In this document: positions 48,674 to 57,352 of the stretch, one piece after another
Position numbering within the stretch: the first letter of the stretch is position 1
Layout: the number at the start of each line of letters is the position of its first letter
Program-made: the position numbers and the translations under genes
The notes under the pieces: model-generated
What the model was told of the DNA's origin: nothing
The model's input: the letters and a program-made list of their open reading frames with translations, nothing else
Databases searched by the model: none
Source: a virus
Virus record (IMG/VR): IMGVR_UViG_3300032770_000005
Location: 1-64,000 of that record
Strand: one strand, 5' to 3'
DNA length: 64,000 nt

Positions 48674-48882
48674 AGCTCGTGCATGCGATCAAGCTGGCGC
48701 GTCAGTGCAGCCTGAACGAGCCGCTCACGCCTGAGCAGATGATCGCGATCTTCGTACTAGCCGAGCTGGGCGACCGGGTCGCGAAGGCAAAGCCGACCGT
48801 GCGAGCGCTGTATCGTGCCATCGACACGGAAGACCTGAACCAGCAGGAGCTGTTGGTCGGGACCGAGAAGGTCGAGGAGTAG
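48670..48882 (+). CDS. hypothetical protein
   Basis: ATGA coupling. Confidence 0.6.
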   Translation: MKLVHAIKLARQCSLNEPLTPEQMIAIFVLAELGDRVAKAKPTVRALYRAIDTEDLNQQELLVGTEKVEE

Positions 48883-49104
48883 GTGGAGGAGTGCGAGCTG
48901 TGCGCTCAGCCGGTCTCCGTCGAGCGTGTGATCGAACGCCCGAGCGCGGGGGAGATCGCCTACCTGACGAAGTTCTTCTGGGTCATCGACCCGGCGCGGC
49001 TCGTGTTCTGCAACGCCATCTGCCGGCGCCGCTGGCACAGCTTGCGGCGGCGAGCTACATGGATGGCCCATTCGGCCGACTGCATGTGCGCTGAGTGTCT
49101 GTAG
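48883..49104 (+). CDS. small Cys-rich protein
   Basis: CELC...CNAIC...CMCAEC; GAGGAG RBS. Confidence 0.55.
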   Translation: MEECELCAQPVSVERVIERPSAGEIAYLTKFFWVIDPARLVFCNAICRRRWHSLRRRATWMAHSADCMCAECL

Positions 49105-49145
49105 GGTTCGAGAGGAGACAGGCTCCTCTCCTGATGGAGTGTGCG

Positions 49146-49532
49146 ATGGGTAAGAAGGTGTTCGTGGGCGGTCTGCCTTGGGCGATCGACGATCAAGAGC
49201 TGGCGAACGTGTTCAAGCAGGTCGGTGCGGTCGTCGAAGCGAAGGTCATCACCGACCGCGAGACCGGCCGGTCCCGTGGGTTCGGGTTCGTGACGTTCGC
49301 GAGCGAAGATGCGGTGCCGCTCGCCATCAAGGAGTTCGACGGCGCCGAGCTGCAAGGTCGCAGGATCAACGTCAACGAGGCGCAGGAGCGCTCGGGCGGT
49401 GGTGGCGGCCCACGGCACTCCGGCGGCGGGGGCGGCCATCAGCAGGCGCCGCGTGGCGGAAACAGCGGCGGCGGGCGCCGCGATCGCGACGAGGGTCGCC
49501 GCGGCCGACGGCGCGAGCACGACGACTGGTAG
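49146..49532 (+). CDS. RRM RNA-binding protein with Gly-rich tail
   Basis: RNP2 VFVGGL, RNP1 RGFGFVTF, ITDRETGRS, GRRINVNEA. Confidence 0.93.
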   Translation: MGKKVFVGGLPWAIDDQELANVFKQVGAVVEAKVITDRETGRSRGFGFVTFASEDAVPLAIKEFDGAELQGRRINVNEAQERSGGGGGPRHSGGGGGHQQAPRGGNSGGGRRDRDEGRRGRRREHDDW

Positions 49533-49582
49533 TCCTGGGCTGCGCGACGGGAGAAGCGGACCGGCTGTAGTACAATCCGTCC

Positions 49583-50032
49583 ATGGCCCTCGACGCGCAG
49601 AAGGACTTGATCTGGCTCTGGGGACAGCTCTGGACGACGCTGGCCGTGTCGATGCTCATCTACGGCGGCGACGTGACGAGCGAGCGGCTGTGGCGCACCC
49701 TGGTCCCGGCGACGCGAGAGGTCTTCGGCGGCAAGGAACCGGACAGCCTGCCGATGTACTTTCGCGTCTGGTACGCGACCCGGGCCGCTCATCCGCTCGT
49801 CGCCGGCGCGCTCGCCAGTCTTCTCCCGATTCCGCATCCCGTCTGGGTAGCGAGCCCGGTCACGGCGATGATCTGGTTCGCGCTCGCCGGCATGGGCAAC
49901 GGTCAGGTGCACCTGCTGGTCGACGGCCTCACCGAGCAGACGCAGAAGATCGTGGGCCTGCTTGCGGACTGGGTGCGCCGTAGGCTGGGGCTCCGCTCGT
50001 CAGAGCCTCCGAGGGAAGACCGCGACCGATGA
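49583..50032 (+). CDS. multi-TM membrane protein (holin-like)
   Basis: Two to three hydrophobic segments and a charged C-terminus. Confidence 0.5.
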   Translation: MALDAQKDLIWLWGQLWTTLAVSMLIYGGDVTSERLWRTLVPATREVFGGKEPDSLPMYFRVWYATRAAHPLVAGALASLLPIPHPVWVASPVTAMIWFALAGMGNGQVHLLVDGLTEQTQKIVGLLADWVRRRLGLRSSEPPREDRDR

Positions 50033-50241
50033 CGACGCCCGAGACGTACGCCGCTCGCGTGAACAAGCTGCTCGACCAGCTCGACGTGCCGCTGGTGAAG
50101 CTGCACGTGTACCCGGAGGATGTGACCGTGGCGGGCGAGCAGGTCGTGATGTCGATGAGCGTGCTCGATGCCCGCTTGCGACTGGAGGTCAGCTGCTCAA
50201 CGCTCGAACTGGTCCTTGCGCTACTTGAGGAAGTACAGTGA
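50029..50241 (+). CDS. hypothetical protein
   Basis: Coupled ORF. Confidence 0.55.
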   Translation: MTTPETYAARVNKLLDQLDVPLVKLHVYPEDVTVAGEQVVMSMSVLDARLRLEVSCSTLELVLALLEEVQ

Positions 50242-50606
50242 CGCGTACCGAAGTGGCTCTGCTCGTGACCGCCGCCGTGATCCTCGTGGTCCTCGGCTTC
50301 GCAGCTGGTCACGGTTGCCGGCCGCCGCCCCCACCGCCGCCGTCCTCCACCGTCACCGGCATCGATGCGGGACCGGGCGAGCGCACGATCGACGACCGCC
50401 TCGATGGGTCGGTGCAGTACAACGAGCAGCTCATGCAGGGCATCGAGCACAAGTTCCAGGACGACATCGCTGCCTTCGACGACCAGCAGCGCGCTGACTA
50501 CCAGCGCTTGCGTGGGCAGGACCTCGAAGCCGCGGCGCGGAGCCTCAGCGACTGGAATCACCAGCGACGAGCCGATGCGGGCGCGTCGAGCACGACCTCG
50601 CCATGA
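50238..50606 (+). CDS. membrane-anchored protein with Pro linker
   Basis: N-terminal TM, GC motif, poly-Pro, helical C-terminus. Confidence 0.6.
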   Translation: MTRTEVALLVTAAVILVVLGFAAGHGCRPPPPPPPSSTVTGIDAGPGERTIDDRLDGSVQYNEQLMQGIEHKFQDDIAAFDDQQRADYQRLRGQDLEAAARSLSDWNHQRRADAGASSTTSP

Positions 50607-50851
50607 GGACGACGGGCATGCCTCCGTACGACGAACGAGAGCGGACGGAGCATCAGTACGTCTGCGAGCAGTGCGGGCGTGCCGGATACGAGTGGCCTAC
50701 GGAGCTTCTGGCGAACGAGGTCGAGTGCATGGCCTGCGTGGAGTTGCGTCGGCGCGTCGCGCGACGCGAGGCTGAGTGGATCTTGTGGAAGGCGATGGTG
50801 AAGCTCGGCCGTCTTCCGGATCCCTTTGCGCCAGCGATCGCCAGTCGGTAG
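50603..50851 (+). CDS. small zinc-ribbon protein
   Basis: CEQC...CMAC. Confidence 0.55.
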   Translation: MRTTGMPPYDERERTEHQYVCEQCGRAGYEWPTELLANEVECMACVELRRRVARREAEWILWKAMVKLGRLPDPFAPAIASR

Positions 50852-50883
50852 CCGCGCTCCGCGGAGCGCGTTACGCTGCGCCG

Positions 50884-51399
50884 ATGCGGTACGTCACCGT
50901 CGCGGTGCTGTTCTGGTTGGTCGCGCCTGTGATCTGCGCGCAGGCGCCTGCTGCGCCGCCGTCCGCTGCTTCAGCGGTCGCTGCGGTGTCGACCGACCAG
51001 TTCCAGCTGCCGGTCCCTGGCGACATCCTGCCGCTGCATCGTGGTCAACCGGCGCCGCAGGACGGCCTGCTCGTCGCTGAGGACGACATGCTGCACATCC
51101 GGCAGGAGTACGACCGGATGCGGTTCCTGCTCGGGCTCATGACCCAGCACGACAGCGAGGTCTGCGACGTGCGCGTGCAGACCGAGCAGGCACGCACGCA
51201 GGCGGCGACCGACCGCCTGACGCTGACCAATCAGCTGTGGACGGCGCGGCAGCAGGAGCTGCTCGCTTCGATCCAAGCCGCCCAGCATCAGGCGCAGCAG
51301 GCGGCGCAGCGCGAGTGGTACGAGTCGCCGGCGCTGTGGGCGGCCATCGGCGTGGTGCTTGCCACCGTCGTCTACGCCGCGGTCGTAGAGGTGCGCTGA
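50884..51399 (+). CDS. secreted coiled-coil protein with C-terminal TM helix (spanin-like topology)
   Basis: Signal peptide, Gln/Ala coiled coil, WYESPALWAAIGVVL. Confidence 0.55.
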   Translation: MRYVTVAVLFWLVAPVICAQAPAAPPSAASAVAAVSTDQFQLPVPGDILPLHRGQPAPQDGLLVAEDDMLHIRQEYDRMRFLLGLMTQHDSEVCDVRVQTEQARTQAATDRLTLTNQLWTARQQELLASIQAAQHQAQQAAQREWYESPALWAAIGVVLATVVYAAVVEVR

Positions 51400-51400
51400 G

Positions 51401-51733
51401 GTGCGCCACGCCAGTGTTCAGGTCCCCGGGCGCGTGCTGTCAGTGCTGGTGCCCGAGACGTCCGCCGAGTTCCGCGACGGGGTGAACACGAGGGACTTCC
51501 GCGGCTACGACGGCATGCTGTTCGACTACCGCAGCCCGCAGCTCGTGGCGATCACCATGGAACAGACGCCCATCCCGCTTCAGCTGACGTTCTTCGGCGC
51601 GGACCGGCTCGCGCACACGGTCATTGCGGCCCCGCCCTTCAGCGGCATCTATCGGGCAAACTGGCCGTCGCGGTGGGTCATGGAGACGCGCACGCCCACG
51701 TACCGCGTCGGCGATGAGTTGCGTGTGTTGTGA
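51401..51733 (+). CDS. DUF192-family protein
   Basis: GMLF...MEQTPIPLQLTFF...WVME...VGDEL. Confidence 0.75.
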   Translation: MRHASVQVPGRVLSVLVPETSAEFRDGVNTRDFRGYDGMLFDYRSPQLVAITMEQTPIPLQLTFFGADRLAHTVIAAPPFSGIYRANWPSRWVMETRTPTYRVGDELRVL

Positions 51734-51776
51734 GAACCTTGACGCCGCTGCCACGGCAAGGTACACGCGTTCTCTT

Positions 51777-52235
51777 GTGAGCGACGTGCGCCCGGAGATC
51801 GTCTCGTTCGCCTGGCTGATGGAGCAGAAGCTCCGACAGAGCGACGTGGCGGACGCGGACGAGCGCGAGGCCGAGCAGATGGTGACGCGGCTGATGGCAT
51901 CGTCGCGTGAGCTGGTCTCGGCGATGCGCCGGAAGTCCGGAGTGGACGTCATTCGTCGCGAGGCCGCGGGGCTCGCCACCGACGCCATGAAGATCGCGTC
52001 GTTTGCAGAGCGCGTCGACGGCTACGACGGGCCGGACGTGTTCGAGCTGTTGAAGGGGAACAGCGCCGTCGTCTTCGACCGTGACGGGGAGGTCGTTGCG
52101 GCGGTGATCCCGGGCCCGCCTAGCGACGACATCGTCAGTCGCGGCGCGCTGATCGCTGCATGGCTGATGTGTGTGGACCGCGACAAGCTCGACGTGCTGG
52201 TGGCGGAGATCTTCCCGTCCGGAGCGAAGAGCTGA
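51777..52235 (+). CDS. hypothetical protein
   Basis: Follows the TTGACG promoter block. Confidence 0.65.
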   Translation: MSDVRPEIVSFAWLMEQKLRQSDVADADEREAEQMVTRLMASSRELVSAMRRKSGVDVIRREAAGLATDAMKIASFAERVDGYDGPDVFELLKGNSAVVFDRDGEVVAAVIPGPPSDDIVSRGALIAAWLMCVDRDKLDVLVAEIFPSGAKS

Positions 52236-52489
52236 TGGCGATGTCTCTCGTCGAGCGCGTTCGCAGGTTCAAGAACACGACCGGCACGTGCTCGTGGGGC
52301 GGCGCGCACGCAGGGCTCCATCCGGATGCGTGCGTCTGCAATCGAGAACCGGATGCGTATCCGGGGACGCCGCACACGCACTACGATGAGCCGCCGCACG
52401 AGTGTGCGCGCTGCGGGTGCACGGCGTACCAGCCGTGGCTCACGCTCGACTTCGTCATCCCGGGTCTGACCGTGGAGCCTACGACATGA
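52235..52489 (+). CDS. small Cys/His-rich protein
   Basis: TGATG coupling. Confidence 0.55.
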   Translation: MAMSLVERVRRFKNTTGTCSWGGAHAGLHPDACVCNREPDAYPGTPHTHYDEPPHECARCGCTAYQPWLTLDFVIPGLTVEPTT

Positions 52490-53265
52490 TTCCGCTCGAA
52501 CGCCTCGATGCCCTTGATGCCGCGATCGAGCGCGGGGAAGTGCTGCGTGGTGAGTGGACTTGCGAGGAGGACGGGCGCCAGCTGGCGTGTCTGCTCGCGC
52601 ATGTCTCGCCTGAGGTGGCGACGGCGAAGTCGGTGTCCGCCTGCCCCGCCAAAACGCTCGACCCGTGGTTCGCGCATCTGCTGCTGTACATCGACGATGA
52701 GTGCTCGCTCGAACGTCGCGACGAGTTCCTGCGACGCACGGCAGCAGTGCTACGGCAGTGGCACCGGCTATCCACGGAGACGCGCCGGCGGCTCGACTAC
52801 GAATGCAGAGCGGTTGCGGTCCGTGAGGTGAGGCCACACGTGCCGCTGAGCGAGGCGCAGATGATTGTGGCGATCGACAGCGCCCTCTTGCTGATTGCCA
52901 GAGCATGCGCAGGCGAGGTACTCAGCGAGCAGGAAGGGGAGGCGGTGCGCTGTTCGTTGTTCGCCGTAGACGAGGCGATGCAGTTGGCAGCGACGGCGGC
53001 GGTCCGGTCGGTGGCAGCTAGCGCGTTGCCGTGGGCAGAGCGAGCGGTGTGGTCGTCGTCGTCGACGGTGGATCCCGCGGCAGCTGCGAATGCTGCGCGA
53101 GCGGCAACGCGAGCGGTGGTGGCATTCGCGTTCGATGTGCTGGAGCCGGCAGGCTCGGCGGCGGCGGTCGCGGCGTGGACTGCGTCCGCAGAGGCGTCCG
53201 CAGATCGAATGATCAACCAGATGCTCTCCGCCATGGAGCGGGAGTGCGCGAAGGTGGCGGCGTGA
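52486..53265 (+). CDS. 'MIPxERLDALD' family paralog 6
   Basis: Conserved family blocks. Confidence 0.8.
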   Translation: MIPLERLDALDAAIERGEVLRGEWTCEEDGRQLACLLAHVSPEVATAKSVSACPAKTLDPWFAHLLLYIDDECSLERRDEFLRRTAAVLRQWHRLSTETRRRLDYECRAVAVREVRPHVPLSEAQMIVAIDSALLLIARACAGEVLSEQEGEAVRCSLFAVDEAMQLAATAAVRSVAASALPWAERAVWSSSSTVDPAAAANAARAATRAVVAFAFDVLEPAGSAAAVAAWTASAEASADRMINQMLSAMERECAKVAA

Positions 53266-53582
53266 TCTCCGTGGTCGACGTCGCAACGGAGAAGGAGTTC
53301 CTCGACCGCGCGACGGCCGCCGGCACTACGGTCCACGTTCTTCGGACCACCGCGGTTGCTCCTGTGCCGCTCGGAGGCGGGACAGTGCTCCTGCGTTCTG
53401 CCATCGCGCTCCAGTACTCGTTCGAGACCCATTCCGAGAACGGTGATACGCGGTGGGTGTATCGCGAGCGCTGCGTCGCGGATGAGCATGGCATCGTGGA
53501 CCTCTCGAACGTTTTGCTCACGCGGATCGCGGACGCAGGCGTTCCTACGGTCGTGTTCACGCAGCGCAGCGGGTCGCTATGA
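53262..53582 (+). CDS. hypothetical protein
   Basis: GTGA/ATGA coupling between two paralogs. Confidence 0.6.
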   Translation: MISVVDVATEKEFLDRATAAGTTVHVLRTTAVAPVPLGGGTVLLRSAIALQYSFETHSENGDTRWVYRERCVADEHGIVDLSNVLLTRIADAGVPTVVFTQRSGSL

Positions 53583-54385
53583 TTCCGGTCGAACGCCTCG
53601 ACGCCCTTGATGCCGCGATCGAGCGCGATGAGGTGCCGCTTGCATGGAAGAAAGAGCAGGGCGGACGGGTACTCTTGTCCTTCCTCGCTCACCTTTCTCC
53701 GGTGTTTGCGGCGCAACCGTCTTGGGGGCTCCTGACGAGCCGACCCGGCGACTCGTTCTACTACGGCTTGGTCGAGGGGACGCTCGACCCGTGGCTTGCT
53801 GAGCTACTTGAGTGGATCACGCGTACCGGCTCGCCTGAGCGGCGCGACCGCGTTCTGCGTCGCACGGCGGCAGTGCTGCGGCGCTGGGACGCGCTGTCGG
53901 CAGAGACGCGACGCCAGCTCGACTACGAGTGCAGGGCGATCGTGGTGCGCGAGGCTAGACAGCACGTACCGGAGAGTGAAGAGCGCTCGCTCGCGGCGAT
54001 CGACAACGTGCTCGCGTTGCTCGATCGCGCGATCGCTGGTGGCGAGGTCGGCGAGCGGGAGTGGTCGGCGGTGGAGGCGAGCGGGATTGCAGAGGCGCAG
54101 GCATTGAGCGCACGAGGGGGGAGCGTTCGCGCGCGAGGAGGGGACATTCATGACATTCGCGTAGCGTGGCAGGCTACACAGGCCGCATACGTTGCGTGCG
54201 AGCGGTTGCCAAGGGCCGCCAAGTACGCAGTGTATCGTGCAGTAGATGCGGCGCCGTTGACACTGGTACCGCGGCCGCCTGACGGGACACATTGGTACTT
54301 TTATGCACAATGTGTAGTTGCCGACCGGATCATAGACCAGATGCTCACCGCCATGGAGCGCGAATGCGCGAAGGTGACGACATGA
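53579..54385 (+). CDS. 'MIPxERLDALD' family paralog 7 (most divergent)
   Basis: Conserved blocks with two divergent, less GC-rich inserts. Confidence 0.8.
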   Translation: MIPVERLDALDAAIERDEVPLAWKKEQGGRVLLSFLAHLSPVFAAQPSWGLLTSRPGDSFYYGLVEGTLDPWLAELLEWITRTGSPERRDRVLRRTAAVLRRWDALSAETRRQLDYECRAIVVREARQHVPESEERSLAAIDNVLALLDRAIAGGEVGEREWSAVEASGIAEAQALSARGGSVRARGGDIHDIRVAWQATQAAYVACERLPRAAKYAVYRAVDAAPLTLVPRPPDGTHWYFYAQCVVADRIIDQMLTAMERECAKVTT

Positions 54386-55275
54386 GTCAGCCCGTGTGGC
54401 GTGAGTTCCGTGGGTACTCCGGATGTCTGGTCGCAGGCAGCCTGCGCGTGCTCGATCCACGTCATCCGAGCGAGCACTTCTCGTGCGCGGCGTACCTGAC
54501 GGCGCAGGTCGAAGCTCCCTACTACGGCATGGTGCAGTCCTACGACGGTGCCGGCATCAGCGCTGGGCTCTTGCACAGCATCCTCATCTATCCCGCCACC
54601 ATGGAGCAGGGTGAACTGGGGCCGGTGACGGCATCGCTGCTCGACGCGCTCGGGCCAAGCGGCACCTCGCTCACGAGCCTGCTCGCGGCACAGGGCTGGC
54701 ACCTCGACCAGGGCGGCGTCTTCCGTGACGCGTCCGGCGCGGCGGTATCTGGACAAGCGCTCCGCAACTGGGCCGCGCCGCCTGACGGCAAGGTGCCGCA
54801 GTCGGGGCCCGAGTGGGATCAGGCATGCCAGGTCGCCTCCGCGTTCCATGCCTGCTTTTCGGACCCTGTCGGATTCGACGTCCAGGAGCAGCAGGCCGTG
54901 AAGTGGCTGCTCGCACGCTGCGGGCACGGCGTCGCGCTGAGCGCGTATCAGCACTTCCTGCCGGCCGGCAAAGCGCTGGACGGTCTCGCCGTCGCGGACC
55001 TGCCGCCGCCGGTGCACGTCGCCATGTGCGTCTTCAACAGTTTTCTCGTGAACAGTCCGGCAGTCGCGCTGCGCTGCTTGTCGGTGACGAGCCTGAACCA
55101 AGACCCGTCGTCGTTCGCGCACCAGCTGATCCGACGGCTCGGGACCGAGGGGCGCGACGTCTGGCACGACCAGCCGGGCGACGGGAACGACCGCTACGAT
55201 CGCACGCGCGTCGCGGCGTGGATGCGGCCAGATCTGTTCCCCGGCTGCCACGACCTGATGCCGCAGGACCTGTAG
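54382..55275 (+). CDS. possible lysozyme-like/peptidoglycan-active protein
   Basis: VE...YGMVQSYDGAGISAGLLH resembles lysozyme-fold motifs; weak call. Confidence 0.45.
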   Translation: MSQPVWREFRGYSGCLVAGSLRVLDPRHPSEHFSCAAYLTAQVEAPYYGMVQSYDGAGISAGLLHSILIYPATMEQGELGPVTASLLDALGPSGTSLTSLLAAQGWHLDQGGVFRDASGAAVSGQALRNWAAPPDGKVPQSGPEWDQACQVASAFHACFSDPVGFDVQEQQAVKWLLARCGHGVALSAYQHFLPAGKALDGLAVADLPPPVHVAMCVFNSFLVNSPAVALRCLSVTSLNQDPSSFAHQLIRRLGTEGRDVWHDQPGDGNDRYDRTRVAAWMRPDLFPGCHDLMPQDL

Positions 55276-55533
55276 GTGAGCGAGCCGGTCCCCGTGTTTC
55301 TGGGTCCCGTGCTCCTCGGCCGTCGCGTCGAGCTGGTGCTGGCCGGCAGCTACAAGGAGGAGCGTGGCGTCGTGATCGGGCTGTCGCCGCACAGGTCCAT
55401 CCGGCTCGTGCCGGAGCATGCTGCGCGATACGACGCGAAGATCGGCGCCTGGCTGCCGACGAGGCCGCTGTCGGGCGAGTGGGTCCGCCATCGAAACGAG
55501 CTGCTGCGTGTCACCGTGCTCGACGTTCCGTGA
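55276..55533 (+). CDS. hypothetical protein
   Basis: KOW-like GRRVELVLAGSYKEERGVV. Confidence 0.55.
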   Translation: MSEPVPVFLGPVLLGRRVELVLAGSYKEERGVVIGLSPHRSIRLVPEHAARYDAKIGAWLPTRPLSGEWVRHRNELLRVTVLDVP

Positions 55534-55606
55534 GCCGACGCGAGTGAGTTGAAAGAACCTTGACGCCGCGCCCGCGACTACGTAGAGTCGGCGTTGCGGA
55601 GTCAAG

Positions 55607-55813
55607 GTGAAGTCCGAGCACGACATGGATGAGGCGAAGGAGGCGGAGCACGCGCGCCGGTCCTTGGCACTCGCTGCTGGCGTGTGGCTCACCATCGGCG
55701 TCGTCACGATCGTCCTCCTTTCTGCCAGCATCGATCCACCGTGGCCGCGGTGGCTGGTTGGCGGATCATTCTTCGTGGCCGGCTGCTGGGCGCAGTGGAA
55801 GTCGCTGCCGTGA
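55607..55813 (+). CDS. small two-TM membrane protein
   Basis: Follows TTGACG-17-TAGAGT and a GGAG RBS. Confidence 0.55.
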   Translation: MKSEHDMDEAKEAEHARRSLALAAGVWLTIGVVTIVLLSASIDPPWPRWLVGGSFFVAGCWAQWKSLP

Positions 55814-56577
55814 CGCCGGAACGCAAGGCCGAGTGCTACCGCATCGTCAGCGAGCGGTTCGCCGCGGGCGAGTACGACTACGTGAGCCGAGATCTGCTCG
55901 ACGCCCTCGACGAGGCGCTCGCGGTGCAGGTGAGCATCGCGGAGGCCATGGGCCGCGAACCTTCGGACGGCAGCGACCTCGTGGAAGCCGTGCGACGGCT
56001 GGTGCGAGAGCGAGGCGAAGCGCTCGAAGACGCCACGCTGTGGCGGCAAGAGCAGGCGGAGATCGACGCAGATCAGAGCGCGGTTGACGACTGGCTCGCC
56101 GAGAACGCGCGCATCCGCGCCATGCCGGAGGCCGAGCGAACCGCCGCCGTCGCCGATGCGGTTGCCCGCGGCGTGTTCGAGGACGAGTCAGATCCGTCCC
56201 GGTACGTCGACATCGAGAACCACACGAAGCAGATCGCGGCGGCGATGCCTGCGTTTGTTCGCGCGCTCACGGCCGAGAAGGAGCAGCGTCGTCGGGCGGA
56301 GAAGGCCGAGCGCGAGCGCGATGAGGCGCGGCAAGCGGCCGAGACGTGGGAGCGTAACGAGACGCAGGCTCTCGTCGACGGGGCACGGATGCAGGAGCGC
56401 GCAGAGCGAGCCGAAGCCGCACTGCGCGACACGTGCGTCCGGGTCGCGGACGCGGTGCGGTTCGCCGTGATCCTGCGAGGGGCCGCGCCGCCCTCCGACG
56501 AGGACCTTGCGGCGATCGTGGACAACGTGCTCCGAGGTCAGCGGGGGACGACGACGACGCGTGGAGGTGGTCAGTGA
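55810..56577 (+). CDS. hypothetical coiled-coil protein
   Basis: GTGA coupling; RAEKAERERDEAR heptads. Confidence 0.7.
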   Translation: MTPERKAECYRIVSERFAAGEYDYVSRDLLDALDEALAVQVSIAEAMGREPSDGSDLVEAVRRLVRERGEALEDATLWRQEQAEIDADQSAVDDWLAENARIRAMPEAERTAAVADAVARGVFEDESDPSRYVDIENHTKQIAAAMPAFVRALTAEKEQRRRAEKAERERDEARQAAETWERNETQALVDGARMQERAERAEAALRDTCVRVADAVRFAVILRGAAPPSDEDLAAIVDNVLRGQRGTTTTRGGGQ

Positions 56578-56921
56578 CCTCGGAAGAACGTGAAGCCAGC
56601 ATTCGAGACATGTGCACGCTCGTGCTCGCGGGCGAGCGCGTGCCAGCGGCGTGGGGAGACGTGGCGTTCTTGCTCACTCTGCTCGACGCCGCCCGGAAGC
56701 AGTCGGTCGTCACCGAGCAAGGCCCGGCGGGCGCGTGGAGCGAGACCGGAACCGTCATCGAGCGCGCCCATCAGGCGGGCAAGGTAGGCGACTTCGCGGC
56801 ACTCGTGAGGCTGTGCCTGGACCGCGGGACGGATGCGCTCTTCTACGCAGTGTCCGAGGGCGGCAGCGTGTTCTGCTTCGCCGAGAGCGACATCGTCGAC
56901 CTGCTGGCGGCGGATGACTGA
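56574..56921 (+). CDS. hypothetical protein
   Basis: GGAGG RBS and coupling. Confidence 0.6.
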   Translation: MTSEEREASIRDMCTLVLAGERVPAAWGDVAFLLTLLDAARKQSVVTEQGPAGAWSETGTVIERAHQAGKVGDFAALVRLCLDRGTDALFYAVSEGGSVFCFAESDIVDLLAADD

Positions 56922-57352
56922 TGAACGCGCCCGACATGACGTCCCTCTCGCGCCGAGATCGCGCCGCCATCTTGCTGGCGTTGACGTGGATTCGCGTCAC
57001 GCCTGGTCGCGGTGGCGGTCCGCTGCTGGCGCGGGAGCAGGCGTGCGAAGCGCTGCGGATGGGAGGCAAGGGGGCGAAGGCGATCGCTGAGGCCGTGGCC
57101 AGCGCGAACTCGGAACTGGCGTCCGAGATGGCACGCAACGGCGACTTGTCATCGGAGGCACGCTATCTGGACGTGCTCGCCACGAACCGGCGGCTGGTCC
57201 GCGCCCGCCTCGCGCTCTTCCTGCGGACCGTCGTGCGCGTTGACGACGACGATTACGGATGTTGGGACGGAGACCGCGGTGGATGGTTGCCGCGGCCGTA
57301 TCATGCTCTCTGGGAATCCGCACCACCGCATCGAAAGAAGGTCAGCCAATGA
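56921..57352 (+). CDS. hypothetical protein translationally coupled to Cas12m-like effector B
   Basis: TGATG start; ATGA overlap with 57349. Confidence 0.6.
   Translation: MNAPDMTSLSRRDRAAILLALTWIRVTPGRGGGPLLAREQACEALRMGGKGAKAIAEAVASANSELASEMARNGDLSSEARYLDVLATNRRLVRARLALFLRTVVRVDDDDYGCWDGDRGGWLPRPYHALWESAPPHRKKVSQ

Noticed and set aside
47304-54385. Diversity-generating retroelement acting on the paralog family
   Set aside because: No reverse transcriptase was seen and no template/variable pair differing only at adenines.
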